In this document: piece after piece, positions 1 through 10,836 of the stretch
Layout: each line of letters begins with the position of its first letter
Numbering within the stretch: position 1 is the first letter of the stretch
Virus record (IMG/VR): IMGVR_UViG_3300028608_000011
Location: 20,008-84,007 of that record
Source of the DNA: a virus
DNA length: 64,000 nt
Strand: one strand, 5' to 3'
The notes under the pieces: generated by a model
What the model was told of the DNA's origin: nothing
Databases searched by the model: none
The model's input: only the letters and a program-made list of their open reading frames with translations
Position numbers and translations under genes: made by a program

Positions 1-3000
1 CTGGGTATGGCGGGCCTTTCCGCCAACCAGGCACTGGTTGCACTCAAGCCTTCCCTGCAGCTGGCCAACCTTGCGAACGTGTCGATGGCGCGTTCGGCCG
101 ATATCTCGACCAACGTCCTCATGACCTTCGGCATGCAGGCCAAGGAGCTGCAGAGCGTTGTCGACCTGATGGCGACCGCGGTCAACAACTCCAACGCCGA
201 CATCGAGCAGCTGGCCAACTCGCTGAGCTACGCAGGCCCGGCGGCGAAGACCGCAGGCTTCTCTATTCAGGACACCACGGCGGCCATCGAGACGATGGCG
301 AACTCGGGCATCAAGGGTTCGCGCTCCGGCTCGGCGCTGCGCCGCATGTTCACCAGCTTGCTGAACCCTACCAAGAAGGGTGCCGAGGTCATCCAGAAAT
401 ACGGCCTCGACATCCTCGACGCGGAGGGCAACACCCGCTCGCTGACCAACATCATCAATCAGATGAGCAACGCCTTCAAAGATCTGCCCGGGCCTGAGCG
501 GCTGGCTGCGATCACCAACCTGGTTGGCGTGTACGCTTCCTCCGCGGTAACTGGTCTGGTGGACAACGCGAGCCAGTACAACCAGTTTGCCGAGCAGAAC
601 CAGAACGTGGCCGGCGCCGGCGACCGGATGGAAAAGATCATCTCGGACAACCTCAAGTTCGACTGGAAAGAGATGCTGTCCAGCCTTGAGGAAGTCCAGC
701 TGCAGGCGTTCAGCTCTCTGGATGGGAAGCTGCGCCTGGCTACCGCGCAGATGTCCAAGTACGTGCTGGACATGATGGAGCCGTACAAGGAAGGAACCGA
801 CATCACCGGCCTGGATCGTCTGTTGGTGCAGGCGCAAACCACGGCTGAAGCGTTTGCCCGTGTCGTAGCTGGCATCGTGGCCTACAAGTTTGCCAGCGGC
901 AGTGTCTTCGCGGCTTTCTCTGCTGACGCCAAGGGTGCGGCAGAACGGCTGACGCTGGTCTCGGATCGCCTAAAAAGCACCTCGGCGAATTACCAGATCA
1001 TGGGCATGGCCACGAGCGTGGCGCGCACCAACACCGAGATGCTCAACGCCACGATCGGCCGCTCGGTCGGCATAATGGGGGGAGTGACTGCGGCCTCGGC
1101 TACAGCAGCAGCAGGGTTGGCTCGGTTCGCCGCCGCTGCAGGCTTGGTGATGCGCGCGCTGGGCTGGGTAGGCCTGATCTACGGCATCGGCTCTGCGATC
1201 TGGGAGGTGTTCAGCACCAACACAGATGACGAAGTGTTGAAGCACCGGGATTCGGTGGACGACGTCAAGAGCAGCTATGACAAGCTGAAACAGTCGATTG
1301 AAGAGACTGGGCTGGCGCGCCAGCGTGCGGCCCTGAAAGAGCAGATCAAGGCTGATAAGCAGGGGTCTACTGACCTTTCCTCGCAGATCGCCAAGCAGGT
1401 CAACCTGATCAACAACGCGCGCGGTGCTGGCGTCTCCGAGGAGAACCTAGCGCCTCTTGAAAAGCGTCTTGAAAGTCTGCGCGGCCTGGTAGGCACCTAC
1501 GACCAAAAGGTCAAAGATTCCGAAGAGTCGCTGTCCAAGCTCGGCACCACCACAAACGACTACTCGACCGAGGCTGATTACCAAGCGCGGCGGATCGAGA
1601 AACTGATCGGCCTGACCAATGATCTGACCCTCGCTCAGGCGAAACTCGAGCAGAGCCAGAGCCGCAGCGGCATCGGGTTCAGCAACCTCGCGCTGGCGCA
1701 AAACGTCGGCAGGCTGACGCAGGAAAAAGCGCTGGCACAACGGCAGGTCGAACTCGGCACCGGCCAGCTGCTGCGCACCCAGAGCAACGTCCGCCCATTC
1801 TCCGAGACGATCAGCAGCCTGGAAGATGACGCCAAAAAAGCGGCCGACGCCAAGGTCTACAAAGACGTCACCTCGAATGCCCAACAGTTGCTCGACGTCG
1901 AGAACAAGATCACCGAGGCCAAGGCTGCGCAGGCCAAGCTCATTCAGCAGGACAAGGATGCGATCGCCGCAGGCAATACGGACATGCGCCCTGGTCTGCA
2001 GCTTGCTGAGGTGTCGGTAAGAACCATCGCCAAACTGGAAGCCGACCGAGCCAAAATCCAGGAGAAGGTCACCGACGAAGAAAACAAACTCGTCGAGGCG
2101 CGCCAAGCAGCGGCCGCGGTAACCCGCAGCGATACGGAGAACATGGCGGCGTACCAGAAGCAGGCTGCGGACATCGCCGCGAAGATCAAAGCGGCGGAGA
2201 ACCCCGGCGACGGCAAGGCCATGGACGTCAAAGCCGTCACGGAGCTGTACAAGGATCAGGCCAAGGTTCTTGGGCAGATCAAAGGGCTGGAATCGAAGAG
2301 CACCAAAGCCAGCGACAAGGCTGGCCGCAAGGATGACCGCCAAGCTTCCGAAGACCTGCGCACCTACACCGCGCTGGCCAAAAAATTCGATGAGGCCAGC
2401 TATGCCCAGCTTGAACTGCAGAAGGGCACCGAAGCCATGCAGCGGCTGCGCGCGGCCGGCACCATCACCATGGATCAGGAGAACAAGGCACTTGGCGAGC
2501 TGAACCTGACTCACTACAAGGCCATCCTCGCGCTGGACAAAGAGGCGACGGCGCTGGAGAAACTGCGAGACTCCTACGCCAACTCGCCATTCGGCGCCGC
2601 TGCCAACGATCTGGCTGTCCTGCAAAAAGGCCTGAATGACGGCAAGGTCAGCCTTGAAGAATTCAACCGGATCTACGGCCAGATCCGCAGTAAACAGCTG
2701 GATCAGGCCACTTCTGGGCTGCCTGAAGCGAACCTGCAGGTTGGTGATGCCTCAAGCTCGCCGTTTACCGACTGGGTATCCACTGAGGTTGAGCGGGCCA
2801 AGGGTCTGGGTGAGTTCGACAAGCGCCAGAAAGAGCTGGAGACCAGCCTTGAAATTCAGCAGGCTGCCAACCAGCGCGAACGCGACATGCAGATGGAGCA
2901 GCTCAACGCCAAGAAGCTGGCGGCCGAGGCTCACTCCACTGAGATGTTGCGCATCGAGCAGACCTATCAGGATCAGAAGTCGGCTATCGAGCGTACCGCG

Positions 3001-3693
3001 GGTGAGCAGCAGGCGGCTGTAGCAGCAAGCCAGGCCAAGTACACCGAGCAGATGGCGACCATGGCGATGATGTCGGCCATGGGCTCGCTGTCCAACATCC
3101 TCGGCACGTTCGCCAGCGCGGCAGAGGATGCCACAGCCGGCCAGAAGGCCGCGTTCATCGCACAGAAGGCGATCGCGATCGCCCAGATCATCATGTACAC
3201 CGAGCTGGCCGCTGCGCAGGCCATGGCGCTGTCGGGTAACCCGATGGTTGTTGGTATCCCTCTGGCTACCTTCATCCGCGCCACCGGTTATGCCAACGCC
3301 GGTTTGGTGGCTGCTCTGGCCATTGGTGAAGTTGCCAGCGGTGGCAAGTCCAGCAGCGGTAGCGGCACCACGATGTATGACACCGGAGGCTATATCCCGT
3401 ATAACCGAACCGGGATCGTCGGCGAATATGGCCCTGAGCTGGTAACCGGCCCAGCGCACGTTACAGGCCGAGGGAACAGCGCCTCGAAGATCAATCAGGC
3501 AGGCAGCGGCGGGAACGTCTACCAGATCACCTTGGCCCCGGTAATTTCCGTAGGAATGGATGGCGGTGCAGGCGATTCCAGCAAGGCCAGCCGAGAGGTT
3601 GCGGATACGGTGAAAACCGTAGTCATCCAAGTAATGCAAGAGCAGATCAGGCCTCAAGGGCTGCTGGATAACTGGATCAGATCAAGGGAATAA
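1..3693 (+). CDS. Tail tape measure protein (TP901-like), 5' truncated by window edge
   Basis: Frame open from base 1; Ala-rich helical protein with TP901-type core (LANSLSYAGPAAK..GIKGSRSGSALR); C-terminal YDTGGY..VGEYGPELV motif; precedes M/L/K/I/J. Confidence 0.93.
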   Translation: MGMAGLSANQALVALKPSLQLANLANVSMARSADISTNVLMTFGMQAKELQSVVDLMATAVNNSNADIEQLANSLSYAGPAAKTAGFSIQDTTAAIETMANSGIKGSRSGSALRRMFTSLLNPTKKGAEVIQKYGLDILDAEGNTRSLTNIINQMSNAFKDLPGPERLAAITNLVGVYASSAVTGLVDNASQYNQFAEQNQNVAGAGDRMEKIISDNLKFDWKEMLSSLEEVQLQAFSSLDGKLRLATAQMSKYVLDMMEPYKEGTDITGLDRLLVQAQTTAEAFARVVAGIVAYKFASGSVFAAFSADAKGAAERLTLVSDRLKSTSANYQIMGMATSVARTNTEMLNATIGRSVGIMGGVTAASATAAAGLARFAAAAGLVMRALGWVGLIYGIGSAIWEVFSTNTDDEVLKHRDSVDDVKSSYDKLKQSIEETGLARQRAALKEQIKADKQGSTDLSSQIAKQVNLINNARGAGVSEENLAPLEKRLESLRGLVGTYDQKVKDSEESLSKLGTTTNDYSTEADYQARRIEKLIGLTNDLTLAQAKLEQSQSRSGIGFSNLALAQNVGRLTQEKALAQRQVELGTGQLLRTQSNVRPFSETISSLEDDAKKAADAKVYKDVTSNAQQLLDVENKITEAKAAQAKLIQQDKDAIAAGNTDMRPGLQLAEVSVRTIAKLEADRAKIQEKVTDEENKLVEARQAAAAVTRSDTENMAAYQKQAADIAAKIKAAENPGDGKAMDVKAVTELYKDQAKVLGQIKGLESKSTKASDKAGRKDDRQASEDLRTYTALAKKFDEASYAQLELQKGTEAMQRLRAAGTITMDQENKALGELNLTHYKAILALDKEATALEKLRDSYANSPFGAAANDLAVLQKGLNDGKVSLEEFNRIYGQIRSKQLDQATSGLPEANLQVGDASSSPFTDWVSTEVERAKGLGEFDKRQKELETSLEIQQAANQRERDMQMEQLNAKKLAAEAHSTEMLRIEQTYQDQKSAIERTAGEQQAAVAASQAKYTEQMATMAMMSAMGSLSNILGTFASAAEDATAGQKAAFIAQKAIAIAQIIMYTELAAAQAMALSGNPMVVGIPLATFIRATGYANAGLVAALAIGEVASGGKSSSGSGTTMYDTGGYIPYNRTGIVGEYGPELVTGPAHVTGRGNSASKINQAGSGGNVYQITLAPVISVGMDGGAGDSSKASREVADTVKTVVIQVMQEQIRPQGLLDNWIRSRE

Positions 3694-3698
3694 TTTTT

Positions 3699-4064
3699 AT
3701 GGCAGGGACATTTCCACCGCCAAGTCAGCCAAATTTTCCGGCACCGGACTGGGGCTTTGCCCAGTCACCGGAGGCCAACGTCGACGTCCAAAAGCTGGGG
3801 GACGGATACGAGTCGAGGGAATCAGTCGGGCTGAACTCCATTCGCGAAACTTTCCCTGTCAAATACTCAACGCTGGACAAGGGGGTGGGCCAGGCGGCCT
3901 ACGACTACCTCAAGCCAAAACTGAACAAGGAGAGTGTGACTTGGGTACACCCGGTCACCGGCGTGACCTACAAGGTCATACCCGAGTCCCTCAGCCTGAC
4001 CTATGACACATGGAACAACGAAGTGCTGGAGATCACCTTCCGCCAAGACTTCAACCCGGGTTAA
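3699..4064 (+). CDS. Distal tail protein, lambda gpM-like
   Basis: 121 aa, LGDGYE..GLN motif, C-terminal FRQDF; follows TMP. Confidence 0.85.
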   Translation: MAGTFPPPSQPNFPAPDWGFAQSPEANVDVQKLGDGYESRESVGLNSIRETFPVKYSTLDKGVGQAAYDYLKPKLNKESVTWVHPVTGVTYKVIPESLSLTYDTWNNEVLEITFRQDFNPG

Positions 4065-4074
4065 GGACTGACTC

Positions 4075-4782
4075 ATGGAAATGATTGCAACGGACGCCCA
4101 GCGGCTGGTAAAGGAACCCAAAATCGTTCTCTTCGAGATCGACGCACGGGCCTACGGCGACACAGTGCTGCGCTTCACCCCAGTGGTAGATGGGAGTAAC
4201 TGGGATGTGCAGTTCGGGGGCAACATCTATCGCAGGCTGCCCATCACAGCATCCGGCTTTACATGGAATGGCACCGGGACGGCGCCGCGACCTTCGATCA
4301 GCCTGGCTGCGCAGGATCTGGTATTCCTCAGCCTGATCGTAAACGGCGATGACCTTATCGGCTGCCCTGTGCGCCGCATCCGAACCTACCGAAAATACCT
4401 CGACGACGGCGACAGCCCAAACCCTTCTGCGACTTTCCCGATCGACCATTTCGTCATTGAGAAAAAGACCAAACAGGTCAGGAAGCAGCTGTCGTTTGAA
4501 CTGTCCACGCCTATCGACCAACAGGGCAGGAAGATTCCTGCTCGACAAGTAATCCGCGATACCTGCCTCAACCGGTTCCGCTACTGGGCCAATGGCCGCT
4601 GGAACTATGACGGTGTGACCTGCCCATACGCTGGCGCAGCGATGTTCGAACCAAATGGCGATCCGACTTCAGACCCAACTAAAGCAAAGTGCGGTAAGCG
4701 ACTGAGCGACTGTGAAAAACATTTCGGTGTTGGCGCTGTGCTACCAATATTTGCCTTCCCCGGTGTCGGGCGGATAAGCTAG
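4075..4782 (+). CDS. Minor tail protein L (Fe-S tail tip protein)
   Basis: GTAPRPSI, RIRTYRKYLD, Cys cluster C..CPY..CGKRLSDC, FPG end. Confidence 0.92.
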   Translation: MEMIATDAQRLVKEPKIVLFEIDARAYGDTVLRFTPVVDGSNWDVQFGGNIYRRLPITASGFTWNGTGTAPRPSISLAAQDLVFLSLIVNGDDLIGCPVRRIRTYRKYLDDGDSPNPSATFPIDHFVIEKKTKQVRKQLSFELSTPIDQQGRKIPARQVIRDTCLNRFRYWANGRWNYDGVTCPYAGAAMFEPNGDPTSDPTKAKCGKRLSDCEKHFGVGAVLPIFAFPGVGRIS

Positions 4783-4802
4783 CGCAATCAGGGAGATTCA
4801 GC

Positions 4803-5540
4803 ATGCTTCAGTTCTATCCAGAACATCTCGAACAGATCCGCGCTGAGGCATTGGAAGCCTACCCAGAAGAAGGGGCTTGGCTCATCACCAAGGCCGGGTG
4901 TCGCCGAGTTCCTAACAACGCGGAAGACCCGGAGAATTTCTTCGACATCTCCCAAAGCGAGATCAAGAAAGCCCGAAAAGAAGGGCTTCTTGCCGTCGTG
5001 CATAGCCACACCAACGGCAATGAGTACCCCAGTGAAATGGACATGCAGTACCAGATCAACACGGCAGTGCCGTGGGGGCTTCTGGCCTGTGACGGCGTCA
5101 ACTCGACAGGCATCACCTGGTGGGGCGGGCGCGGCGAAGGCAACACCGAGGATCTGCTCAATCGCACGTTCTGCCACGGGGTTACCGATTGTTACGCGCT
5201 GGTGCGTGACTACTACGACCAGAAGTTCGATATCCAGCTGCCGGAGATGCCGCGCGAGTGGAAATGGTGGGAGACCAACGAGACGTTCATGCCTGACGGT
5301 CTCGAGCAAACAGGGTTCAGCCGTGTCCGAGATGAGCCGAAGCCCGGCGATATCTGGCTGGCCAGCATCGGTGTGCGCACCGGAGCGATCACCCATTGCG
5401 GAATCCTTCTGGAAGACGGCCTCACCATCCACCACCCGGGCAGCGGCGCCCCGGTCAGCCAGCGCAAGGCTGTGATCGAACCCATCTACCGTTACATCAG
5501 CATGATTTCAATGTGGGTAAGGCACAAGGATCGAGCATGA
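4803..5540 (+). CDS. Tail assembly protein K (JAB/MPN + NlpC/P60)
   Basis: YPEE, VHSH..PSEMD JAB motif; DCYALVRDYY and HCGI NlpC motifs. Confidence 0.92.
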   Translation: MLQFYPEHLEQIRAEALEAYPEEGAWLITKAGCRRVPNNAEDPENFFDISQSEIKKARKEGLLAVVHSHTNGNEYPSEMDMQYQINTAVPWGLLACDGVNSTGITWWGGRGEGNTEDLLNRTFCHGVTDCYALVRDYYDQKFDIQLPEMPREWKWWETNETFMPDGLEQTGFSRVRDEPKPGDIWLASIGVRTGAITHCGILLEDGLTIHHPGSGAPVSQRKAVIEPIYRYISMISMWVRHKDRA

Positions 5541-6106
5541 AAACCATTTACCTCCATGGATCGGCGGCGCAGTTCGGCGACAAGTTCGAGCTGGATATCA
5601 AGACCCCTCGCGAAGCCCTACACGCGCTTGCTGTGCAGATTGAGGGTTTCCGCAGCATGGTCAGGGACGGGGAGTGGTTCATGTTCCGCGGCCCTCTCGA
5701 GAATGAAGCTGACGACGATGAAGAAAGCATCGATCTAGCCCTCGGCGATGTTGACGAAATCCACCTGATGCCGGCTATCCGCGGCGCGGGCGGTGGCAAC
5801 GGAGGCATGTTCTCGATCATCCTGGGGATCGTGGCTATTGTGGCTGCGCCGTTCACCGGTGGTGCCTCTCTTGCGATGTACGCGGCAGGCGCAGGTCTTA
5901 TCGTGGGCGGCCTTATCCAGATGACCATGAAGGTGCCTGGCGTCAGCGACACTTCTAACTCCACGGCTGACAGCAAAGCGTCGTTCCTCTTCCAAGGGCC
6001 ACGAAATCAATCCACTCAAGGGGTGGCCGTGCCGCGCGGCTATGGCCGCATCCGCACCGGCAGCATCGTGATCAGCGCAGGACTATACGCGGAGCGTATC
6101 CTTTGA
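5537..6106 (+). CDS. Tail assembly protein I
   Basis: ATGA overlap with K; TIYLHG N-terminus, hydrophobic Gly-rich middle, QGVAVPRGYG C-terminus. Confidence 0.9.
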   Translation: MKTIYLHGSAAQFGDKFELDIKTPREALHALAVQIEGFRSMVRDGEWFMFRGPLENEADDDEESIDLALGDVDEIHLMPAIRGAGGGNGGMFSIILGIVAIVAAPFTGGASLAMYAAGAGLIVGGLIQMTMKVPGVSDTSNSTADSKASFLFQGPRNQSTQGVAVPRGYGRIRTGSIVISAGLYAERIL

Positions 6107-9100
6107 CGGCTCAACAGAAAATCAGCTGGGAATCTCCGCACCAAAAGTGGCCTTCGGAGTCTTTGGCTTACCCGCAACCAGAGCTGATCAAAGGCGCTGG
6201 CGGCGGTGGCGGGGACACCGGGCAGGCCCACACCCCGGTGGAGGCCCCCAACACGCTGCAGAGCGTGATCAAGGGCCGTATCCTTGACCTGATTGCCTAC
6301 GGGCCGGTCTACGGCCTGGTGGACGGCCTGAAGTCCGTGTATCTGGACAAGACCCCGGTGATGAACGCTGACGGGTCGTACAACTTCTCCGGCTGCAAGC
6401 TGACCACACGGGAAGGCTACCCATGGCAGACGCCGATTGAAGGATTCCCCGCGGTAGAAACCACTTTCGAGATCAACTCCGAGGTGCTGTTCGCCACCCC
6501 CGTTATTCGCTCGGTCAGCAACAATAACGCGGACGCTGCCCTGGTGACCATTCAGGTCGCCGCGCTGTGGGAGCAGCAGACCAATGGTGACACCGTCGGC
6601 TACAGGGTCGGCGTTGCGATCGACGTCAGAACCAACGGCGGTGCATGGAACACCATGGCTGCTGAGGAGATCGCGGGTAAAACTACCTCGCCATTCCCGG
6701 TCACCTACCGCGTCCCCCTATATGGCGACGGCCCGTTTGATATCCGGGTGCGCCGCTACGCACCTGAGAGCACTGTCAACAACAAGCAGGACAAGATCAC
6801 CTGGACGCTGCTGACTGAAGTGATCGACAAGCGTCTCAGCTATCCGAACATGGCCATGGTGGGGATCGAGATCGACTCCAAGCTGTTTGGGTCGTCGATC
6901 CCTGAGCGCAGCTATGACATGAAGCTGTCGATCATCAGCGTGCCAAGCAACTATGACCCCTTGACCCGGGTATACACCGGCATCTGGGATGGTACGTTCA
7001 AGCAGGCTTGGTCAGACAACCCGGCGTGGTGCTACTACGACCTCGCCACGCATCCGGTGATCGGAGCGGGCCTTGGCGACGTTGATAAGTGGATGATCTA
7101 CCGCATCGGCCAATACTGCGACCAGCTTGTGCCGGACGGCTACGGCGGCATGGAGCCGCGATTCACCTGCAACACCGTGTTCGCTGAGCAGGAAGACGCC
7201 ATTGTTGCGCTGAACACTTTCGCCAGCTGCTTCCGCGGCATGGCCTACTGGGGAACCAACACGATGGTGGCGGTGGCTGACATGCCTACCACCCCTGTGA
7301 AGATTGTCGGCCCTGCCAACGTCGTCGACGGTGACTTCGAATACACCGGCACCAGCCTGCGCGAGCGTCACTCAGTGGCTGTGGCAATGTGGAACGACCC
7401 GGATGATGAAGGCCGGGCAATCCCGGAAGTTTACGAAGACCCGCTCAGCATCGAGATGTATGGCTGGAAGGAGACCCGGGTCACTGCGGTGGCTTGCAAC
7501 TCTCGCGGCCAGGCACGCAGGCTGTGCAAGTGGATCCTCTACTCCGAGCGCCAAGAGACCCAGACGGTCAACTACAAGGCTACGCTTGACCACGCGGATG
7601 TCCGCCCCGGCGACATCGTGGAGATCGGCGACCCCTACCATCAGGGGGCAAGGATGGTTGGCCGGGTCACGCTGCCTGGCAACAAAATCCTTCAGCTCGA
7701 TGCGACTCCAGGCCCCGATATTCTGGCTATCACCCAGAACTGGTACCTCAGCGTCCAGATGCCGGATGGAACCATCCCGCGGATACCTGTCAGCTCGTTC
7801 AACGGCAATCAGGTGATTCTCAGCCTGACCTTGCCCGACACCCCCATTCCGGGCGCCATGTGGGCGCTAAGCGCCACGGCGCTGGAGCTGCCGCAGTTCC
7901 GTATTGTCAGCGTTACTGAGGACGACAGCGGTTCCTACTACAGCATCACCGCCACCGAGTACGACCCGCGCAAGTACGACATTGTCGAGCTGGATCTGGT
8001 TCTGCCTGATCGCCCTACCAGCGCCCTTCCAACGGGGCCGATCGCGCCGCCACTGGATCTGTCCTTCCAGGCCTACACGTACTTTGCAGGGGCTACCCGT
8101 CACCAAGGGCTGATCATCAGCTGGACGCCACCGAAAGACGTCCGTGTGAACGAGTACATCCTCGATGTCATGGCACCAAATGACGGAGGGTTCCGCACGG
8201 CCTACGTCGGTTCTGGCACCTCTTTCGATTTGAAAGACGCCATGGGCGGAGAGTGGACTATTCGCGTGCGCTCTCTGGCATCGGGGATCCCGGGGCCGTG
8301 GGTGTCGAGAACTGTGCAGATCGCGATGCTGCTGATGCCTGTTCCTCCTGATTCGATCCTGGTTACCGAAGGCACGTTCTCGATCACACTGACACCCTCC
8401 AGTGCGTACCCTGACGCTCTGTGGGAATTCTGGCGCAGCGATGTGCCCCTGTCACAGGACATGATCGAGAGCAACGCCATCAAGTTGCCGATCGGCCAGT
8501 ACCTGGTCGATACGCCGCTACGCGCCGGACGGACGTATTTCTACTATGTCCGCGGCACCAACCAGTACGGCAAGTCAGCCTGGTATGCGACTCAGGGCAC
8601 CACCCTGATGGACTTCGATGACATCCTTGAGGCAGTGAAGGACGACATCCTGAACGGTGACCTCTATGAGGAGCTGAACAACATCATCGTGCCGATCGCT
8701 ACCGACACTGCAACGGCCGTGGTAAACGAAGCCGTGGCTGACCTGCAGGAGCAGATCGACAACCTGCAGGACGCGCTGGCCTACGACAAGGACAAGGACT
8801 ATGTCAAAAACGCGGTAGTGCGAGAAGGCAGCGTGCTGTACCAATCCATCGCCGAGGTTCCGGCTGCCGCCGACGGCAGCAACGCCCCTCCAAACCCGCT
8901 CTACTGGAAGTCGGTAGGCGAGATCCTCGAGGACGCCAACGGCCTGATCGTGCAGGTGCAGCAGAACACCACCGACATCATCAAGGTCGATGACAAGCTG
9001 ACCTACACGGCGTCCCAGTTGACCAGCCTGCAGGCTGCCTGGCGTGATGATGACGCGGAGGGTGACCTCGACTCTGCGATGGATGCCTACGAGAGCAAAG

Positions 9101-10308
9101 CGTTCTTCAACCAGCGCATCAAGGTGCTGGCGGAAGAAGATCTGGCCTTGGCCCAGCGCATCACTGACATGGGCGCCGAATTAACCGAGAACATCAATGC
9201 CTCGCTGACCATCCTTGAGCAGACCATGGCTACGGCGGATGAGGCGCTGTCTCAGCGCATCATCGAGATGGAAGCTCAGTTCAACGAGGACAATCAGGAA
9301 ATCCACGCGGCCATTCAGGAAGAGCAAACCGCGCGGGCGAACGCTGACCAGGCGGAGGCTACGGCACGGCAGACGCTGACCACCGAATATAACAACAACA
9401 AGGCGGTCGTGCAGCTGACCCTTAACGGCTTGGCCACGCAGGACGCAGCCTTTGCCAGCAGCATCAGTACGCTGCAGGCGGGGGTCGGTTCCAACACCGC
9501 CTCGATCCAAGTGGTGCAGAATGCCCAAGCCAGCCTGAAGACCGGCCTTGAGGCGCTGTACGCGATCAAGCTACAGACCACCGTGGATGGCCGCACTTAC
9601 GCTGCGGGTATGGGCATCAACATCACCACCAACGGCGGGATCACCCAGAGCCAGATCATCTTCCAGGCCGACCGGTTCGCACTGCTAAGCACCGCCAGCG
9701 GCATTGTCACGCTTCCGTTCTTTGTCGAGGGCAACAGCACCTTCATCACCAACGCCATGATCAAGGATGCTTCGATCGGCACTGCAAAAATCACGGATGC
9801 GGCGATCACCAACGCCAAGATCCAGAACCTCGCGGTGGATGAGGCGAAGATCCAGAACCTGGCTGTGACTACCGCCAAGATCCGTGATTTGTCGGTGGAG
9901 ACATTGAAGATCGCCGGTCGCGCCGTTACGCTGCCGCTGGGCTATTACGATGTAGGGACTGTTCAGGTTGGTGGTAGCTTGTCGGGGACTTACTACGACC
10001 TGTCGGTCGTGTCGTGGAACGCATCTGGTTATGAGGTTACGGTAACCATCACCTGCCAATATGCCGCAAAAAGGGGTGAGATTGGCTGGAGGGTGCTGCT
10101 TAACGGAGGTGTTTATATAGCCGGCACTGTCGGTCAGAACACACAGGAAGACCAATATCGGGACAGCTTCTCTACCAGTTTTGTTGTTGCGCTTGGAGGG
10201 CCAGTTACAGTCCAGTTCCAGATGCGCCCGCCGTTAGTTAACGACGCCACCAACTACGGGATGGCTGTGTCCAACCGCTCGATGACCATCATGGAGACCA
10301 AACGATGA
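6103..10308 (+). CDS. Central tail fibre / tip attachment protein J
   Basis: 1401 aa; WSDNPAWC, EPRFTCN, PGDIV, FnIII-like region, coiled coil, FQADRF, 10-aa (I..A.IT.AK) beta-helix repeats. Confidence 0.94.
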   Translation: MTAQQKISWESPHQKWPSESLAYPQPELIKGAGGGGGDTGQAHTPVEAPNTLQSVIKGRILDLIAYGPVYGLVDGLKSVYLDKTPVMNADGSYNFSGCKLTTREGYPWQTPIEGFPAVETTFEINSEVLFATPVIRSVSNNNADAALVTIQVAALWEQQTNGDTVGYRVGVAIDVRTNGGAWNTMAAEEIAGKTTSPFPVTYRVPLYGDGPFDIRVRRYAPESTVNNKQDKITWTLLTEVIDKRLSYPNMAMVGIEIDSKLFGSSIPERSYDMKLSIISVPSNYDPLTRVYTGIWDGTFKQAWSDNPAWCYYDLATHPVIGAGLGDVDKWMIYRIGQYCDQLVPDGYGGMEPRFTCNTVFAEQEDAIVALNTFASCFRGMAYWGTNTMVAVADMPTTPVKIVGPANVVDGDFEYTGTSLRERHSVAVAMWNDPDDEGRAIPEVYEDPLSIEMYGWKETRVTAVACNSRGQARRLCKWILYSERQETQTVNYKATLDHADVRPGDIVEIGDPYHQGARMVGRVTLPGNKILQLDATPGPDILAITQNWYLSVQMPDGTIPRIPVSSFNGNQVILSLTLPDTPIPGAMWALSATALELPQFRIVSVTEDDSGSYYSITATEYDPRKYDIVELDLVLPDRPTSALPTGPIAPPLDLSFQAYTYFAGATRHQGLIISWTPPKDVRVNEYILDVMAPNDGGFRTAYVGSGTSFDLKDAMGGEWTIRVRSLASGIPGPWVSRTVQIAMLLMPVPPDSILVTEGTFSITLTPSSAYPDALWEFWRSDVPLSQDMIESNAIKLPIGQYLVDTPLRAGRTYFYYVRGTNQYGKSAWYATQGTTLMDFDDILEAVKDDILNGDLYEELNNIIVPIATDTATAVVNEAVADLQEQIDNLQDALAYDKDKDYVKNAVVREGSVLYQSIAEVPAAADGSNAPPNPLYWKSVGEILEDANGLIVQVQQNTTDIIKVDDKLTYTASQLTSLQAAWRDDDAEGDLDSAMDAYESKAFFNQRIKVLAEEDLALAQRITDMGAELTENINASLTILEQTMATADEALSQRIIEMEAQFNEDNQEIHAAIQEEQTARANADQAEATARQTLTTEYNNNKAVVQLTLNGLATQDAAFASSISTLQAGVGSNTASIQVVQNAQASLKTGLEALYAIKLQTTVDGRTYAAGMGINITTNGGITQSQIIFQADRFALLSTASGIVTLPFFVEGNSTFITNAMIKDASIGTAKITDAAITNAKIQNLAVDEAKIQNLAVTTAKIRDLSVETLKIAGRAVTLPLGYYDVGTVQVGGSLSGTYYDLSVVSWNASGYEVTVTITCQYAAKRGEIGWRVLLNGGVYIAGTVGQNTQEDQYRDSFSTSFVVALGGPVTVQFQMRPPLVNDATNYGMAVSNRSMTIMETKR

Positions 10309-10664
10309 TTTGTGTCAGCTACAACAAAGAAACTGGCGAGATCGGGGCAGTCGTTACTTACCCTCTTGCCGACTATGAGGAGAGATACCCCGGATGGCTT
10401 TATCTCGGCAACACCGCTTTGGTCAACGCCAATTTCCATTATGTGGTCGATGGCAAGGTAGTCGACAGGCCTGTGCAGCCTATCGAGCTTGAAAACGGGG
10501 TTCTGCGAGGGGTAGCAAAAGGATCGAATATCTCAATCGAAGATCGCACGTACATCGCCGACGGCACCGACATTGAGCTGTCTTTCGGCCATACCGGGCT
10601 GTTCACTATCGTGATCACCCTGTTCCCATTTCAGGAAACACGGGTCTACCACCATGAAACTTGA
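10305..10664 (+). CDS. Tail-associated hypothetical protein
   Basis: ATGA overlap with J; YVVDGKVVDRP motif typical of post-J genes. Confidence 0.7.
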   Translation: MICVSYNKETGEIGAVVTYPLADYEERYPGWLYLGNTALVNANFHYVVDGKVVDRPVQPIELENGVLRGVAKGSNISIEDRTYIADGTDIELSFGHTGLFTIVITLFPFQETRVYHHET

Positions 10665-10836
10665 GCACAAATGTAACTACGACGAACGACGCGAAAAAGC
10701 GTATCCTTCCGTCACCGAGCAGCTGGACATGCTCTGGCATGGAATGAACAACGGCGAAGCCCCAAAGCTTGAGCCGTTCTACTCAGAGATCAAGGCCATC
10801 AAGGACAAGTTCCCGAAGCCGGCCGAGGAAGAGTGA
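10654..10836 (+). CDS. Small tail-fibre assembly-like protein
   Basis: Y..RREKAYPSVTEQLDMLWH..IKAIKDKFPKP pattern of small fibre-associated proteins. Confidence 0.65.
   Translation: MKLEHKCNYDERREKAYPSVTEQLDMLWHGMNNGEAPKLEPFYSEIKAIKDKFPKPAEEE

Noticed and set aside
4779-4796. Possible seventh operator copy (CTAGCG-CAATCA-GGGAGA) before gene K
   Set aside because: Only one half-site resembles the consensus; too degenerate to call
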